DNA from: a virus | Taxonomy: Duplodnaviria > Heunggongvirae > Uroviricota > Caudoviricetes | DNA: 64,000 nucleotides | Virus record (IMG/VR): IMGVR_UViG_3300046474_000274 | Location: 36,425-100,424 of that record | Direction: 5' to 3' (one strand) | In this document: positions 1 through 8,950 of the stretch, one piece after another | Layout: each line of letters opens with the position of its first letter | Numbering within the stretch: the stretch's first letter is position 1 | Position numbers and translations under genes: made by a program | Notes under the pieces: model-generated | What the model was told of the DNA's origin: nothing | What the model saw: the letters and a program-made list of their open reading frames with translations, nothing else | Databases searched by the model: none

Positions 1-1
1 G

Positions 2-703
2 ATGCAGGAGATGAAGGACGCCTACAAGCGGCAGGTTCCTTACATCAAGAAGGCTCTCCGGTTCCTCGGCATTCCCCAGGTCTCAGCGCTCAACATGGAA
101 GCCGACGACCTAGGTGCGATCCTGACCGACCGCTACACTAAGACCGGCTCCAAGATCATTCTCGTCACCGGCGACAAGGACTGGCTGCAGCTCGTCTCGC
201 CCGGCGTCGTATGGAAGGACTTCGTCAACGATCGGCTCGTGACCGTGAAGAACTTCGAGGAGTTCACCGGCGTCAAGACCGTGCGCCAGTTCGTCGAGGT
301 CAAGGCGCTCGCCGGCGACATGGGCGACAACGTGGCCGGCGTCGGCGGCATCGGCCAGAAGGGCGCGATCGACTTCATCAAGGAATACGGCTCGTTCGGG
401 AACTTCTCGAACATGGCGATCCTCGACAAGACGATCGACCTCAAGAAGCTGCCGAAGAAGTATCGCGACCTTATCGAAAACGAGGACAAGGCGATCACCT
501 TCTCCCGCAACCTCGATCTCATGGATCTGCGCACGACGGCGCGTCCCGCGGCCCAGCACCTCGAGGTCGATAAGGGCACGCCCGACGCCGACAAGCTCCG
601 GCAGTTCTGTGAGCTCCTGCTGTTCAAGTCCATCCTCAAGGACTTCGACGAGTGGATCTCCGTCTTCCCCCATTTCCGCGCGCCGCGTGCGCTCGCCGCA
701 TAA
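2..703 (+). CDS. 5'-3' exonuclease / flap endonuclease (PolA N-terminal-like), 5' end lies outside the window
   Basis: ORF track 2..703; motifs LVTGDKDWLQL and the H3TH-like GVGGIGQKGA; high GC3. Confidence 0.8.
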   Translation: MQEMKDAYKRQVPYIKKALRFLGIPQVSALNMEADDLGAILTDRYTKTGSKIILVTGDKDWLQLVSPGVVWKDFVNDRLVTVKNFEEFTGVKTVRQFVEVKALAGDMGDNVAGVGGIGQKGAIDFIKEYGSFGNFSNMAILDKTIDLKKLPKKYRDLIENEDKAITFSRNLDLMDLRTTARPAAQHLEVDKGTPDADKLRQFCELLLFKSILKDFDEWISVFPHFRAPRALAA

Positions 704-720
704 CCTACGAAGGAGTGAAT

Positions 721-1881
721 ATGAGCAGTCCCGACGATATCGCAGCCGCACTTGGCGGGCTCGCCAAGCATGACGAGCTGTCTACGGTGAAGCACTATCT
801 GGACACCGGCTATCCGCCCTTGAACCACGCCCTTTCGTCGCGTTGGGATGGTGGCATGGCTTCCGGCCGTATCATCGAAATCTACGGTCCCGAGTCCGCT
901 GGCAAGACCGCGATCGCAACGATGGCGATGATCTCGGCGCAGAAGGCAGGCGGCTACGCAGCGTTCGCCGACCATGAACGGTCGTTTGCGCAGCACCTGG
1001 CCGTCGGCATGGGTCTCGATCCGCATCCCGGCCGCTTCCTCTACCGCAAGCCGAATACCTTCGAGGAGAGCCTGGCGCTCTGCATTGAGGTGGCGATGGT
1101 TATTCGCGAGAAGAAGCTGATCAAGCCGGAAGCGCCGATCTGCTGGGTCTTCGACTCCTTGCCGTTCATGATCCCGAACTCGGTCTTTTACGATCCGAAG
1201 ACGGGCAAGCCGAAGCCGCTCGGCCAGCGCTCGATGCACGACAACACGGCACTTGCCCGTGCAACGTCTGCGAACATGCCGGCATTCGCGCAGTTGGTCG
1301 ATGACCTGAACATCTGCGCTATCTTCCTCAACCAGATCCGTCTGAACATCGGCGTGGTTTACGGCAATCCCGAGACGACGCCGGGCGGCAAGACGCCTCG
1401 CTACGTCTACTCGACCCGTATCTCGCTCGGCATTCAGAAGATCGCCAAGGGCGATGGCAAGGACGCGGAAATCACCGGCTCGAAGATCACGGCCCGCACG
1501 ACCAAGAACAAGGTCTCGCGTCCGTTCCAGGCTGCATCGTTCATCCTGGATTACACCGAGGACGGCAAGGCGCGCTTCAATTTCCATCGTTCGATGATCG
1601 AGTTCCTGAAGGGCGAAAAGCTTCTCAAGATGGCCGGCGCCTACGTCGAGTGGGAGGGTAAGAAGTATTTCTCCGGCCAGCTCGCCGATAAGCTGATGGC
1701 TGAACCGGACGGCTACGATAAGCTCAAGGCTCTCCTGCCGGCAGAATACCAGCCCCCGATCATCAGCGATGACGAAGTTGCCGATATCACTGGCGAGGCA
1801 GCGGCTCCCGATATCGCATCGGCGCTGGCGAAGGCCGAGGAGCGGGCTGCGAAGTCGAAGGGTCTCGACGAAGCTGCCTAA
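721..1881 (+). CDS. recA: RecA-family recombinase (RecA/UvsX-like)
   Basis: ORF track 652..1881; start set to ATG 721 after GAAGGAG; Walker A GPESAGKT; NQIRLNIGVVYGNPETTPGG and YVEWEGKKYFSGQ align with E. coli RecA. Confidence 0.85.
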   Translation: MSSPDDIAAALGGLAKHDELSTVKHYLDTGYPPLNHALSSRWDGGMASGRIIEIYGPESAGKTAIATMAMISAQKAGGYAAFADHERSFAQHLAVGMGLDPHPGRFLYRKPNTFEESLALCIEVAMVIREKKLIKPEAPICWVFDSLPFMIPNSVFYDPKTGKPKPLGQRSMHDNTALARATSANMPAFAQLVDDLNICAIFLNQIRLNIGVVYGNPETTPGGKTPRYVYSTRISLGIQKIAKGDGKDAEITGSKITARTTKNKVSRPFQAASFILDYTEDGKARFNFHRSMIEFLKGEKLLKMAGAYVEWEGKKYFSGQLADKLMAEPDGYDKLKALLPAEYQPPIISDDEVADITGEAAAPDIASALAKAEERAAKSKGLDEAA

Positions 1882-1945
1882 GAGTAGGTGACACGACCAC
1901 GGCGGCGGGGTATTTAGCCCCGCCAACAACCTTTTGGAGAAATTA

Positions 1946-2434
1946 ATGGAAGTTATTGCACTCAAAATCCCGGCCGGAATGTATGTCGGGAACGCCGATC
2001 ATCATATCAAAACAGGCGAAGACACCATCTACTATGTCGTTGCGGATTCTTTAGCCGCAGCCCAAGACGTTCTGACTAGCTTTCTTGGCGCGCATGCGAG
2101 CGAGTCTTTCAGCTTCACCACGAAACAAGTTAACCTTTCGGAGGCGCTGAAAAACTCCTTTGAACAGTCTCAAAAGGATCGGGAAGTCGGCTACGCGACT
2201 GCCGAAGAAAAGCACATTCGTCGGCTTCTCGACAGAATATCTCTCGACCTCGGGTCGATCGTTATCGACCGCATGTTCTTCGTCATTTCGAATGAAGGAA
2301 AGCAATTGATAGGCGTGCGCATCGAAGCTCATGAGGGGGATCGTCGCCGCGTCGTGTATCTGGAAGACCAGCGCGATGCGCTGACAAACCTGAAGCCCGA
2401 GGCAATCATTCATGCCCTGGAAGAGAAGTTCTGA
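1946..2434 (+). CDS. hypothetical protein, visibly lower G+C than neighbours
   Basis: ORF track 1934..2434; ATG 1946 sits 6 nt after GGAG; AT-richer codons. Confidence 0.55.
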   Translation: MEVIALKIPAGMYVGNADHHIKTGEDTIYYVVADSLAAAQDVLTSFLGAHASESFSFTTKQVNLSEALKNSFEQSQKDREVGYATAEEKHIRRLLDRISLDLGSIVIDRMFFVISNEGKQLIGVRIEAHEGDRRRVVYLEDQRDALTNLKPEAIIHALEEKF

Positions 2435-2507
2435 GCCAAATCCCTGCATTCCCGTGCTCGTCTCGCTATAAGTGAGCAGTAAACACAAACAGCAAGTCGG
2501 GCACGCA

Positions 2508-3053
2508 ATGAAGGTTATCTCAATCTGGCAGCCCTTCGCCTCGTTAGCGGTGAAGGGCTTCAAATGTTTCGAAACACGCACCTGGCCTGCACCGGCTTCG
2601 ATTATTGGTCAAACTATTGGTATCGCGTCCACCAAGGGTCTGAAGCCGGTCCAGCGCGAATATTTCGAGGATGAGCGGTTCGCCGGATTCTACGCCTCGA
2701 CCGGAATGCCTCCTCTGGAAGAACTACCCTGCGGCTATCTGCTCGGCACCGTCACGATCGACGAATGCCTTGTCATGAGCGAGGAGTTCATGGACGAGGT
2801 ATCTGATGAGGAGAAGGCATACGGTCATTGGGAGCGGGGCAATTTTGCCTGGCGCCTGGCTGATCTAAACCCGCTCGAGCATCCGATCCCCATCCGCGGC
2901 GCCCAGGGCATATACGACTGGAACGGAGTTCTCCCCAATGGTAGCGAAGCGCAAGTTTCCCCGCCCGCCGCAGCGCAAGTTCTCGAAGGCGAACGTGAAG
3001 TGGGTGGTGAAGCGCAAGGCCAGGACCATCGGCGCGGTCTACGAATTGTCTGA
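2508..3053 (+). CDS. ASCH (PUA-like) domain protein; 3' end uncertain, the coding signal switches frame at about 2938
   Basis: ORF track 2472..3053; MKVISIWQPFASLAVKGFKCFETRTW is ASCH-like; GC3 falls after 2937 in this frame. Confidence 0.55.
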   Translation: MKVISIWQPFASLAVKGFKCFETRTWPAPASIIGQTIGIASTKGLKPVQREYFEDERFAGFYASTGMPPLEELPCGYLLGTVTIDECLVMSEEFMDEVSDEEKAYGHWERGNFAWRLADLNPLEHPIPIRGAQGIYDWNGVLPNGSEAQVSPPAAAQVLEGEREVGGEAQGQDHRRGLRIV

Positions 3054-3375
3054 TGGCAGCCTTGCCTACCTCGCCCGTCGCTGGCGCGGTGAAATCTTCT
3101 GCTGCGGAGAGGCCAATATCTCCGCAGCGATGGCCCTTAACAAGGAAGAATGGGCCTTCGACCATGACCATCTCCTCGAATTTCGCTTGAAGAAGGTGAA
3201 ATACGTCGGCGTCATCGAGCGCGAACGGGGCGGCATGATCTACCTCACGACGCTCGACGCCTGCATGGATCCGACGATCTATAAGTTCCGCAATTACGAG
3301 GCGCGGGGCGGTGCCATGCAGCACTACGTCAACCATCGGCATTTCATCAAGCTCGCCGGCAAGACGACCTTCTGA
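2938..3375 (+). CDS. hypothetical basic protein; overlaps the ASCH ORF by 116 nt in the +1 frame
   Basis: ORF track 2938..3375; very high GC3 from 2938 onward; GGAG 9 nt upstream of the ATG. Confidence 0.55.
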   Translation: MVAKRKFPRPPQRKFSKANVKWVVKRKARTIGAVYELSDGSLAYLARRWRGEIFCCGEANISAAMALNKEEWAFDHDHLLEFRLKKVKYVGVIERERGGMIYLTTLDACMDPTIYKFRNYEARGGAMQHYVNHRHFIKLAGKTTF

Positions 3376-3384
3376 ATCCGCTCG

Positions 3385-3447
3385 GAACCTGACGCGCTCC
3401 CATGCGCGTATCGCTATAAGTGACGATGTAAGTAAGAGATTACTTAG
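3385..3447 (+). promoter_or_regulatory. early promoter/operator cassette: hairpin GACGCGC..GCGCGT, then TCGCTATAAG, then palindrome TAAGTAAGagatTACTTAG, 12 nt before the sbcD ATG
   Basis: Member of a family of about 20 copies. Confidence 0.7.
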
Positions 3448-3459
3448 AAAGGAATTCAC

Positions 3460-4554
3460 ATGAAGTTCGCCGTTCTCGCTGACATTCACGCTTATGGCTC
3501 GACCGTCTATTCCGGCACCGGAGTTGATGGCATCAACACGCGCCTCTCGCTCATCCTCAGCGAACTGCAGCGGGCGGCTCTGACGCTACAGGCGCAGGGC
3601 GGCAACCTCATGTTCATCGCCGGTGATATCTTTCACACGCGCGGCTCGATCGACCCGGAAGTGTTGAACCCGCTCCGGGCGACGATCGAGGAGATCCTCA
3701 ACATGGGGATCGACATTCACGCGATCCCCGGCAACCACGATCTCAAGAGCAAGGACAGCCGGGCGCTGTCCTCGCAGATCGAGAACCTGGCCCAGATCTC
3801 CATCGCCGGTGGCATGTTCAAGTGCTACAACGAGGTCACATCCTTCCAGGTCGAGGGCGAGTGGTTCGGCTTCGTGCCGTGGCGCGCGTCCAACAAGGAT
3901 CTTCTCGAAGATCTCGGCGACCTGTCGGCGCATCCCAATCATGCCGAGATGCACGTCTTCATCCACGCAGGCATCGACGGCGTTCTCTCGGGTATGCCGG
4001 CGCATGGTCTGACCGATGGCGACCTCGCGGCGTTTGGCTTCAAGCGCGTCTACGCCGGCCACTACCACAACCATGTGATCTTCCCCGGCGACAAGGTCGT
4101 GTCGATCGGTGCGACCACCCATCACAATTGGGGTGACGTTGGCACCCGTGCCGGCTTCCTGATGGTCGAGACCGACGCCGACACGGTTTCCTTCCACGAC
4201 ACCCGCGCGCCGAAGTTCGCCGACCTGTCCGGCCTGGACGAGCTGGAAATGGAGCTCGAGTGCCGGGGCAACTATGTCCGCTTCCGCGGCCCGACCATGA
4301 CCCAGGCGGAAATCAACGAGCTCCGCGACCAGTTCCGCAAGTGGGGCGCTCTCGGCGTGTCGATCGAGGTGCCGAAGGCAACGGTCGCAACCCGCGCGGC
4401 CACCGCGACCACGAAGGGCGTCACGCTCGATCAGTCCGTCGCCAATTTTGTCGACGCGAAGAAGGACATTCCGGCGTCGATCGACCGGGCGGCCCTCAAG
4501 AAGCGCGCCCAGGAAGTCCTCGATAAGTCCCGCACGGTCTTTGAAGAAGCCTGA
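3460..4554 (+). CDS. sbcD: SbcD/Mre11-family nuclease (calcineurin-like phosphoesterase)
   Basis: ORF track; motifs LADIHAYGS, FIAGDIFH and IPGNHD; promoter cassette immediately upstream. Confidence 0.85.
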   Translation: MKFAVLADIHAYGSTVYSGTGVDGINTRLSLILSELQRAALTLQAQGGNLMFIAGDIFHTRGSIDPEVLNPLRATIEEILNMGIDIHAIPGNHDLKSKDSRALSSQIENLAQISIAGGMFKCYNEVTSFQVEGEWFGFVPWRASNKDLLEDLGDLSAHPNHAEMHVFIHAGIDGVLSGMPAHGLTDGDLAAFGFKRVYAGHYHNHVIFPGDKVVSIGATTHHNWGDVGTRAGFLMVETDADTVSFHDTRAPKFADLSGLDELEMELECRGNYVRFRGPTMTQAEINELRDQFRKWGALGVSIEVPKATVATRAATATTKGVTLDQSVANFVDAKKDIPASIDRAALKKRAQEVLDKSRTVFEEA

Positions 4555-4618
4555 CGAACTCCGCTCGCTGATGCGCTAAAACATATCAACGCATTGATTT
4601 TATACAGGAAACAGTATC

Positions 4619-4954
4619 ATGCAGCTTTACACCGTGCACTTCACGACCAAGCAGCTTGTCTCGAAGTTCGATGATAAGGGCAGGAAGATCGGCGAATACG
4701 ACATCGATTATCCGCAGACGCTTCATGCGCTGCCGCTGTCGACCTGCCAGGGCTACAAGAAGTTCGGCAATTGGCGCATCGAGCCCTATTACTCCGACGT
4801 GTCCAAGCGGCCGTTCGAAGGCAAGAAGGCAAAGACCGAATATCGCGGCTCGGTTCCGGCAGGCAAGCCCAAGGCGGCGCCCGTCACGAACACGGTCCAG
4901 AACGCCGCAGCGTCCGGGAACCTGGCCGCGGCCATCAACGCCGGGGCGAAGTGA
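4619..4954 (+). CDS. hypothetical protein ending in the AAASGNLAAAINAGAK motif
   Basis: ORF track 4619..4954. Confidence 0.6.
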   Translation: MQLYTVHFTTKQLVSKFDDKGRKIGEYDIDYPQTLHALPLSTCQGYKKFGNWRIEPYYSDVSKRPFEGKKAKTEYRGSVPAGKPKAAPVTNTVQNAAASGNLAAAINAGAK

Positions 4955-5451
4955 TGTCGATCGTCTGCCCTCATTGCGACGAGCAGCAGGAGACGGCCGA
5001 GGTTATGGACGGCCTGCTCGGCTCAATGACCTGTATTGGCTGCGGCGAGGACATGGAACTCGATCTCTATGAGCGTAACCTGATCCTTGAGCCGTTTCTC
5101 AAGCACCTGGTCGCCCTCGTTCCGGGCCTGCCGCTTGTGATCGAACTGGAAAAGGATCCGGCCGAGGAAGACGAGGCGCCGCAGCAGACGGCGATCCAGA
5201 AGGCGGCTGCTGCCGGCGACCTGGCTGCAGCGATCAGCAAGGGCAAAGCGACCGCGTTCACGCGCTTCTATCTGCGGTCCAGGCACGCCGAGGATATTTT
5301 CGTCACCAAGAACGGCTGCCTGGCGTTGTGCAGGCGGCGCAACAAGGATGGCTCGCTTCGCGGCGCCCTTCCCTTCCCGACCAAGCAGGAAGCCGAGGCG
5401 TTCTCCCAAGGCCGCTACGCGGTTGTGCCAGACATGCAGCAGGTGAACTGA
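4954..5451 (+). CDS. Zn-ribbon hypothetical protein (CPHC...CIGC) containing an AAAAGDLAAAIS motif
   Basis: In frame with ORF 4771..5451; ATG 4954 overlaps the preceding TGA (TGATG). Confidence 0.55.
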   Translation: MSIVCPHCDEQQETAEVMDGLLGSMTCIGCGEDMELDLYERNLILEPFLKHLVALVPGLPLVIELEKDPAEEDEAPQQTAIQKAAAAGDLAAAISKGKATAFTRFYLRSRHAEDIFVTKNGCLALCRRRNKDGSLRGALPFPTKQEAEAFSQGRYAVVPDMQQVN

Positions 5452-5651
5452 TGAGCTATTTCAGCGGCAATCACCAGACGGAATTCCAGTTCAAGTTCCC
5501 GGCGCCGATCGAACAGCACCCTTGCTACTGGAAGCTCGGCCGGCGCCTCTCCCACCGTGGCGTCATTCCCTACGACGACGAGCCATTCTTTTGCGAGCGC
5601 TGCTGCGCCGAATTGGATCGAACCAAGCGCGCTATTTGCGAGGAAGCCTGA
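5451..5651 (+). CDS. small Cys-rich hypothetical protein (66 aa)
   Basis: In frame with ORF 5328..5651; ATG overlaps the preceding TGA; CERCC pair. Confidence 0.5.
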   Translation: MSYFSGNHQTEFQFKFPAPIEQHPCYWKLGRRLSHRGVIPYDDEPFFCERCCAELDRTKRAICEEA

Positions 5652-5652
5652 C

Positions 5653-7590
5653 ATGAAGTTCCCCGAGCTCGAAATCCAGAACTTCCTGGCGCTGACCAAT
5701 GCCAAGGTCAATCTGTCTGATCGCGGCCTGGTCCTGATCCAGGGCGACAACCAGGCCGACACGTCGGCAGATTCCAACGGCGTCGGCAAGTCGTCCATTC
5801 CCGAAGCGCTCGAATGGTGCTGGTTCGGCGAGACGGCACGCGGCGTGTCCGGTGATGACGTGATCAACCGCGATGCGAAGAAGGATTGCTTCGTCAAGTC
5901 CGTCGCGATCGACGGTCACATCACCTACACCGCGACCAGGCACCGCAAGCACAAGACGGGCAAGAACACCTTCACCTTGAAGTCGTTCGACGGCGTGAAA
6001 GAGGTCGATCTCACCAAGGGCACCGAGAAGCTGACGCAGGAAGTTGCGATCGGCATTATCGGCTGTTCGCTCGACGTGTTCACGGCTTCGATCTATGCCG
6101 GCCAGGAGAAGATGCCTGACCTGCCGTCGATGACTGACAAGAACCTGAAGGTCATCATCGAAGAGGCATCCGGCGCATCCCTGCTCGAAGGCGCCTATCG
6201 GATGGCCCGCAAGGACCACGACGACGCGCTGAAGGCGCTCGAGGTGGTAAGGATCGAGCACGACAAGGCAGATACCCAGGAAGGCTTCCTGCGTGCCCAG
6301 GTCCACTCGGCGAAGAGCCAGCTCGGGGCGTGGGCCGGCGAGAAGACGGTGCGCGAGCAGAAGGTCAGGGATGAGATCTCCGCGGTCCTTCCTCACCTGC
6401 GGCGGGTCAAGGAAGATCTGGAGAAGTTCGACAAGGCGCTGATCGAGGCCGGCATTGCCGACTGCGACAGCAAGATCGGGCTTGTCCAGGAGGAGCAGCG
6501 GGGCCTCGCCGCGCTCGACAAGACGCTGAATGACGCCCGTGCTTATGAGATCGCCTACGCGAACGAAAAGCAGATGCACGAGCAGGCGAAGCTCCGCGCC
6601 GAGAAGTCCTTGGAGCAGATCGAGCACCAGGTCGGCTGCCCCTGCTCCTCGTGCGGCCGGCCGCTGACGGCTGCCGAGCTCGGCACGGCTAAGAGCAAGG
6701 CCACGGAGCAGTTCCAGGCTTACGACAAGGCGCTTGCCGACGCGATCACGAAGCTTGCCGGGCAGACCGACAACGTAAAGCTCGTTCAGGCCGCTCGCGA
6801 CGAATTCGCTGCATCGATGACTGATATCAGCACGGTCGCAGCCCAGCGCTCTGTATTCGAACGTCAGCTTGCAACCGTCAACGATCTGCTCAGGCATCAG
6901 ACGAGTTACGCGAACACGGCCAGGTCGTGGCGCGATCAGTTGCTGGCGATCCAGGCGGAAACTAATCCGCATCATGCGACGGTCGAGCGCCTCGAGAAGG
7001 AATTGGCCGCGGCCGAAACCAAGACGGCCGAGTTGAAGAAGAAGATCGCCGAGGAAGAGGTGAACGTCGCGCTCGAGGCCGAGGTGGTGAAGATCTATTC
7101 GCCGGCCGGCGTCCGCGCCCACATTCTCGACGATGTGACGCCCTTCCTCAATGCGCAGACGGCGAAGTATCTGACGATCCTGTCGGATGGCAACATCGAG
7201 GCTATCTGGACCACGCTGACGCCGGACTCGAAGGGCGTCATGAAGGAGAAGTTCACGATCGAGGTCACGAACGCGACGGGCGGCGGGCTGTTCAAGGGGC
7301 TGTCAGGCGGCGAGAAGCGCAAGGTTCGCGTTGCGACGGCGCTCGCGCTGCAGGATCTCGTTGCCACCCGCGCGACCAAGCCGATCGACCTGTTTATCGG
7401 CGACGAAATCGATGACGCGCTCGACAGCTCCGGCCTGGAACGGCTGATGCAGATCCTCGAGGAGAAGGCGCGCGAGCGCGGCTCCGTCTTCGTGATCAGC
7501 CACAACGAGCTCCGCGACCACATCAAGCAGGTTCTCCTGGTCGAGAAGCTGCCGAACAAGACCACAAAGATTACGGAGATGGCAGCATGA
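5653..7590 (+). CDS. sbcC: SbcC/Rad50-like SMC ATPase with a CxxC zinc hook
   Basis: In frame with ORF 5557..7590; N-terminal P-loop GVGKSS; long coiled coil; hook CPCSSC; signature LSGGEKRKV plus Walker B LFIGDEID. Confidence 0.85.
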   Translation: MKFPELEIQNFLALTNAKVNLSDRGLVLIQGDNQADTSADSNGVGKSSIPEALEWCWFGETARGVSGDDVINRDAKKDCFVKSVAIDGHITYTATRHRKHKTGKNTFTLKSFDGVKEVDLTKGTEKLTQEVAIGIIGCSLDVFTASIYAGQEKMPDLPSMTDKNLKVIIEEASGASLLEGAYRMARKDHDDALKALEVVRIEHDKADTQEGFLRAQVHSAKSQLGAWAGEKTVREQKVRDEISAVLPHLRRVKEDLEKFDKALIEAGIADCDSKIGLVQEEQRGLAALDKTLNDARAYEIAYANEKQMHEQAKLRAEKSLEQIEHQVGCPCSSCGRPLTAAELGTAKSKATEQFQAYDKALADAITKLAGQTDNVKLVQAARDEFAASMTDISTVAAQRSVFERQLATVNDLLRHQTSYANTARSWRDQLLAIQAETNPHHATVERLEKELAAAETKTAELKKKIAEEEVNVALEAEVVKIYSPAGVRAHILDDVTPFLNAQTAKYLTILSDGNIEAIWTTLTPDSKGVMKEKFTIEVTNATGGGLFKGLSGGEKRKVRVATALALQDLVATRATKPIDLFIGDEIDDALDSSGLERLMQILEEKARERGSVFVISHNELRDHIKQVLLVEKLPNKTTKITEMAA

Positions 7591-7742
7591 GCGGCTGTCT
7601 CTATCAGCTTCAGACCAACGCTCTGCCCGGTCAGATCATGATAATCGCCGGCCCGTATGACACCTACGGACGGGTGATCAAGTTGCAGGATAGTGGCTAT
7701 CACCTAATCCGCGGCCTTGGTCACAAGAAGCCCACCGAATAG
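7587..7742 (+). CDS. possible small protein (51 aa)
   Basis: ATG overlapping the sbcC stop; below the ORF-track size cutoff. Confidence 0.3.
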   Translation: MSGCLYQLQTNALPGQIMIIAGPYDTYGRVIKLQDSGYHLIRGLGHKKPTE

Positions 7743-7774
7743 GTCACAACATATAGCGCGCTCCCTCGAAAATT

Positions 7775-7806
7775 GCGCTATAACGTAAGTAAGCACTTAA
7801 TTAGAA
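7775..7806 (+). promoter_or_regulatory. promoter cassette copy (GCGCTATAACGTAAGTAAGCACTTAATTAG)
   Basis: Family member. Confidence 0.6.
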
Positions 7807-7818
7807 ATGGAGTTGAGG

Positions 7819-8289
7819 ATGCCGAAGGCGCGCACCGCTCTGAACGATGAAGTCAAGAAGATCCTGGAAGAGGTCGGCAACGAGGTCGTGGCCGCGCTCA
7901 AGGGTGAATTCTACGAGGTAGACGGCACGCCGATGGCGACCGTGAAATACGACACCGGCGCTTTCAAGAAGAAGCCGCTGATGCCGACGTGGCTCTTCCA
8001 GATCGAATACGCCTATGTCGGCGCGATGGGCAAGATCCAGTTCGGCCTCTCGCCGGAGGACGCCCAGGAATACAAGTTCGTGGAGATGCATCCGAAGGAA
8101 ATGGACGATGCCTTCCCGCTCGTAGGCCCGGCCGTCGCCAAGCACTTCGGCATCGAGGGTGAGAACCTCAAGATCGTTCTCGACGCCGAGCTGACCAGGC
8201 GCCTCAACGTGAAAGCCGACGCCGCAGAAGTCGAGCGCAAGCAGACCGAGGCCGCGTTGGAGCAGAACGAGCTGTTCGGCGCGTTCTGA
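7819..8289 (+). CDS. hypothetical protein with C-terminal ...ELFGAF
   Basis: ORF track 7807..8289; second ATG chosen because GGAGTTGAGG precedes it; promoter cassette upstream. Confidence 0.6.
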   Translation: MPKARTALNDEVKKILEEVGNEVVAALKGEFYEVDGTPMATVKYDTGAFKKKPLMPTWLFQIEYAYVGAMGKIQFGLSPEDAQEYKFVEMHPKEMDDAFPLVGPAVAKHFGIEGENLKIVLDAELTRRLNVKADAAEVERKQTEAALEQNELFGAF

Positions 8290-8316
8290 TTAACCCCTAA
8301 AAATTTGGAGTATTTG

Positions 8317-8889
8317 ATGGGCAAGATCCTCATCGCTGGCCTTGACGGGTCTCTGCGCAATTTCGGTGTCGCGACCGCTTGGCTCGACCTCGACACCCTC
8401 GAATTGGAGATCAAGGCCCTTATCCTGGTCGAAACCGAGAAGTCGAAGGTCAAGAATATCCGCGCGTCGTCCGACAATCTGGCGCGCGCCATCGAACTGC
8501 GCAAGGGCGTCCACCAGGCGCTGAAGGGCGTGACCACGGTCTTCTACGAAGTGCCCTCGGGCGGTCAGGACTACAACGCAGTCCTCGGCTTCGGCATCGT
8601 CATCGGCACGTATGCAGGCATTCCGATCCCCGGCATCGAAGTCTCGCCGGCAGAGACGAAGCTCGGCGCCGTCGGCACCAAGACCGCCTCGAAGGACGAA
8701 ATGATCGAATGGGCGTTCGAGAAGTATCCGAAGGCTCCCTGGTTGCTCACCAAGCGGGGCGGTGTGATGGTCCCGGTGAAGAAGAACGAGCACCTGGCCG
8801 ATGCTGTGGCGATCATGGAAGCCGGCATCAAGACGCCGAGCTTTGAGCAGACGCTCGCCATCCTCCGTTCTATGCCGATGGCCGCATAA
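8317..8889 (+). CDS. RuvC-like Holliday junction resolvase
   Basis: ORF track 8305..8889, which begins at a TTG; ATG 8317 follows GGAG; ILIAGLDGSLRNFGVA and HLADAVAIMEAG match RuvC catalytic regions. Confidence 0.75.
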   Translation: MGKILIAGLDGSLRNFGVATAWLDLDTLELEIKALILVETEKSKVKNIRASSDNLARAIELRKGVHQALKGVTTVFYEVPSGGQDYNAVLGFGIVIGTYAGIPIPGIEVSPAETKLGAVGTKTASKDEMIEWAFEKYPKAPWLLTKRGGVMVPVKKNEHLADAVAIMEAGIKTPSFEQTLAILRSMPMAA

Positions 8890-8905
8890 ATTATTTGTCA
8901 AGTCT

Positions 8906-8926
8906 AGTAAGTAATTACTTACTTAA
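8906..8926 (+). promoter_or_regulatory. promoter palindrome copy (TAGTAAGTAATTACTTACTTA) before nrdB
   Basis: Family member. Confidence 0.55.
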
Positions 8927-8950
8927 CTATGATGCGAACCCATCCTCGTG

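Noticed and set aside
133-1965. 610-aa minus-strand ORF across the exonuclease and recA genes
   Set aside because: Antisense to two strongly supported genes. Arg/Ala-rich translation typical of high-GC antisense frames.
5632-7122. 496-aa minus-strand ORF inside sbcC
   Set aside because: Antisense artefact. sbcC has conserved motifs and correct GC3.
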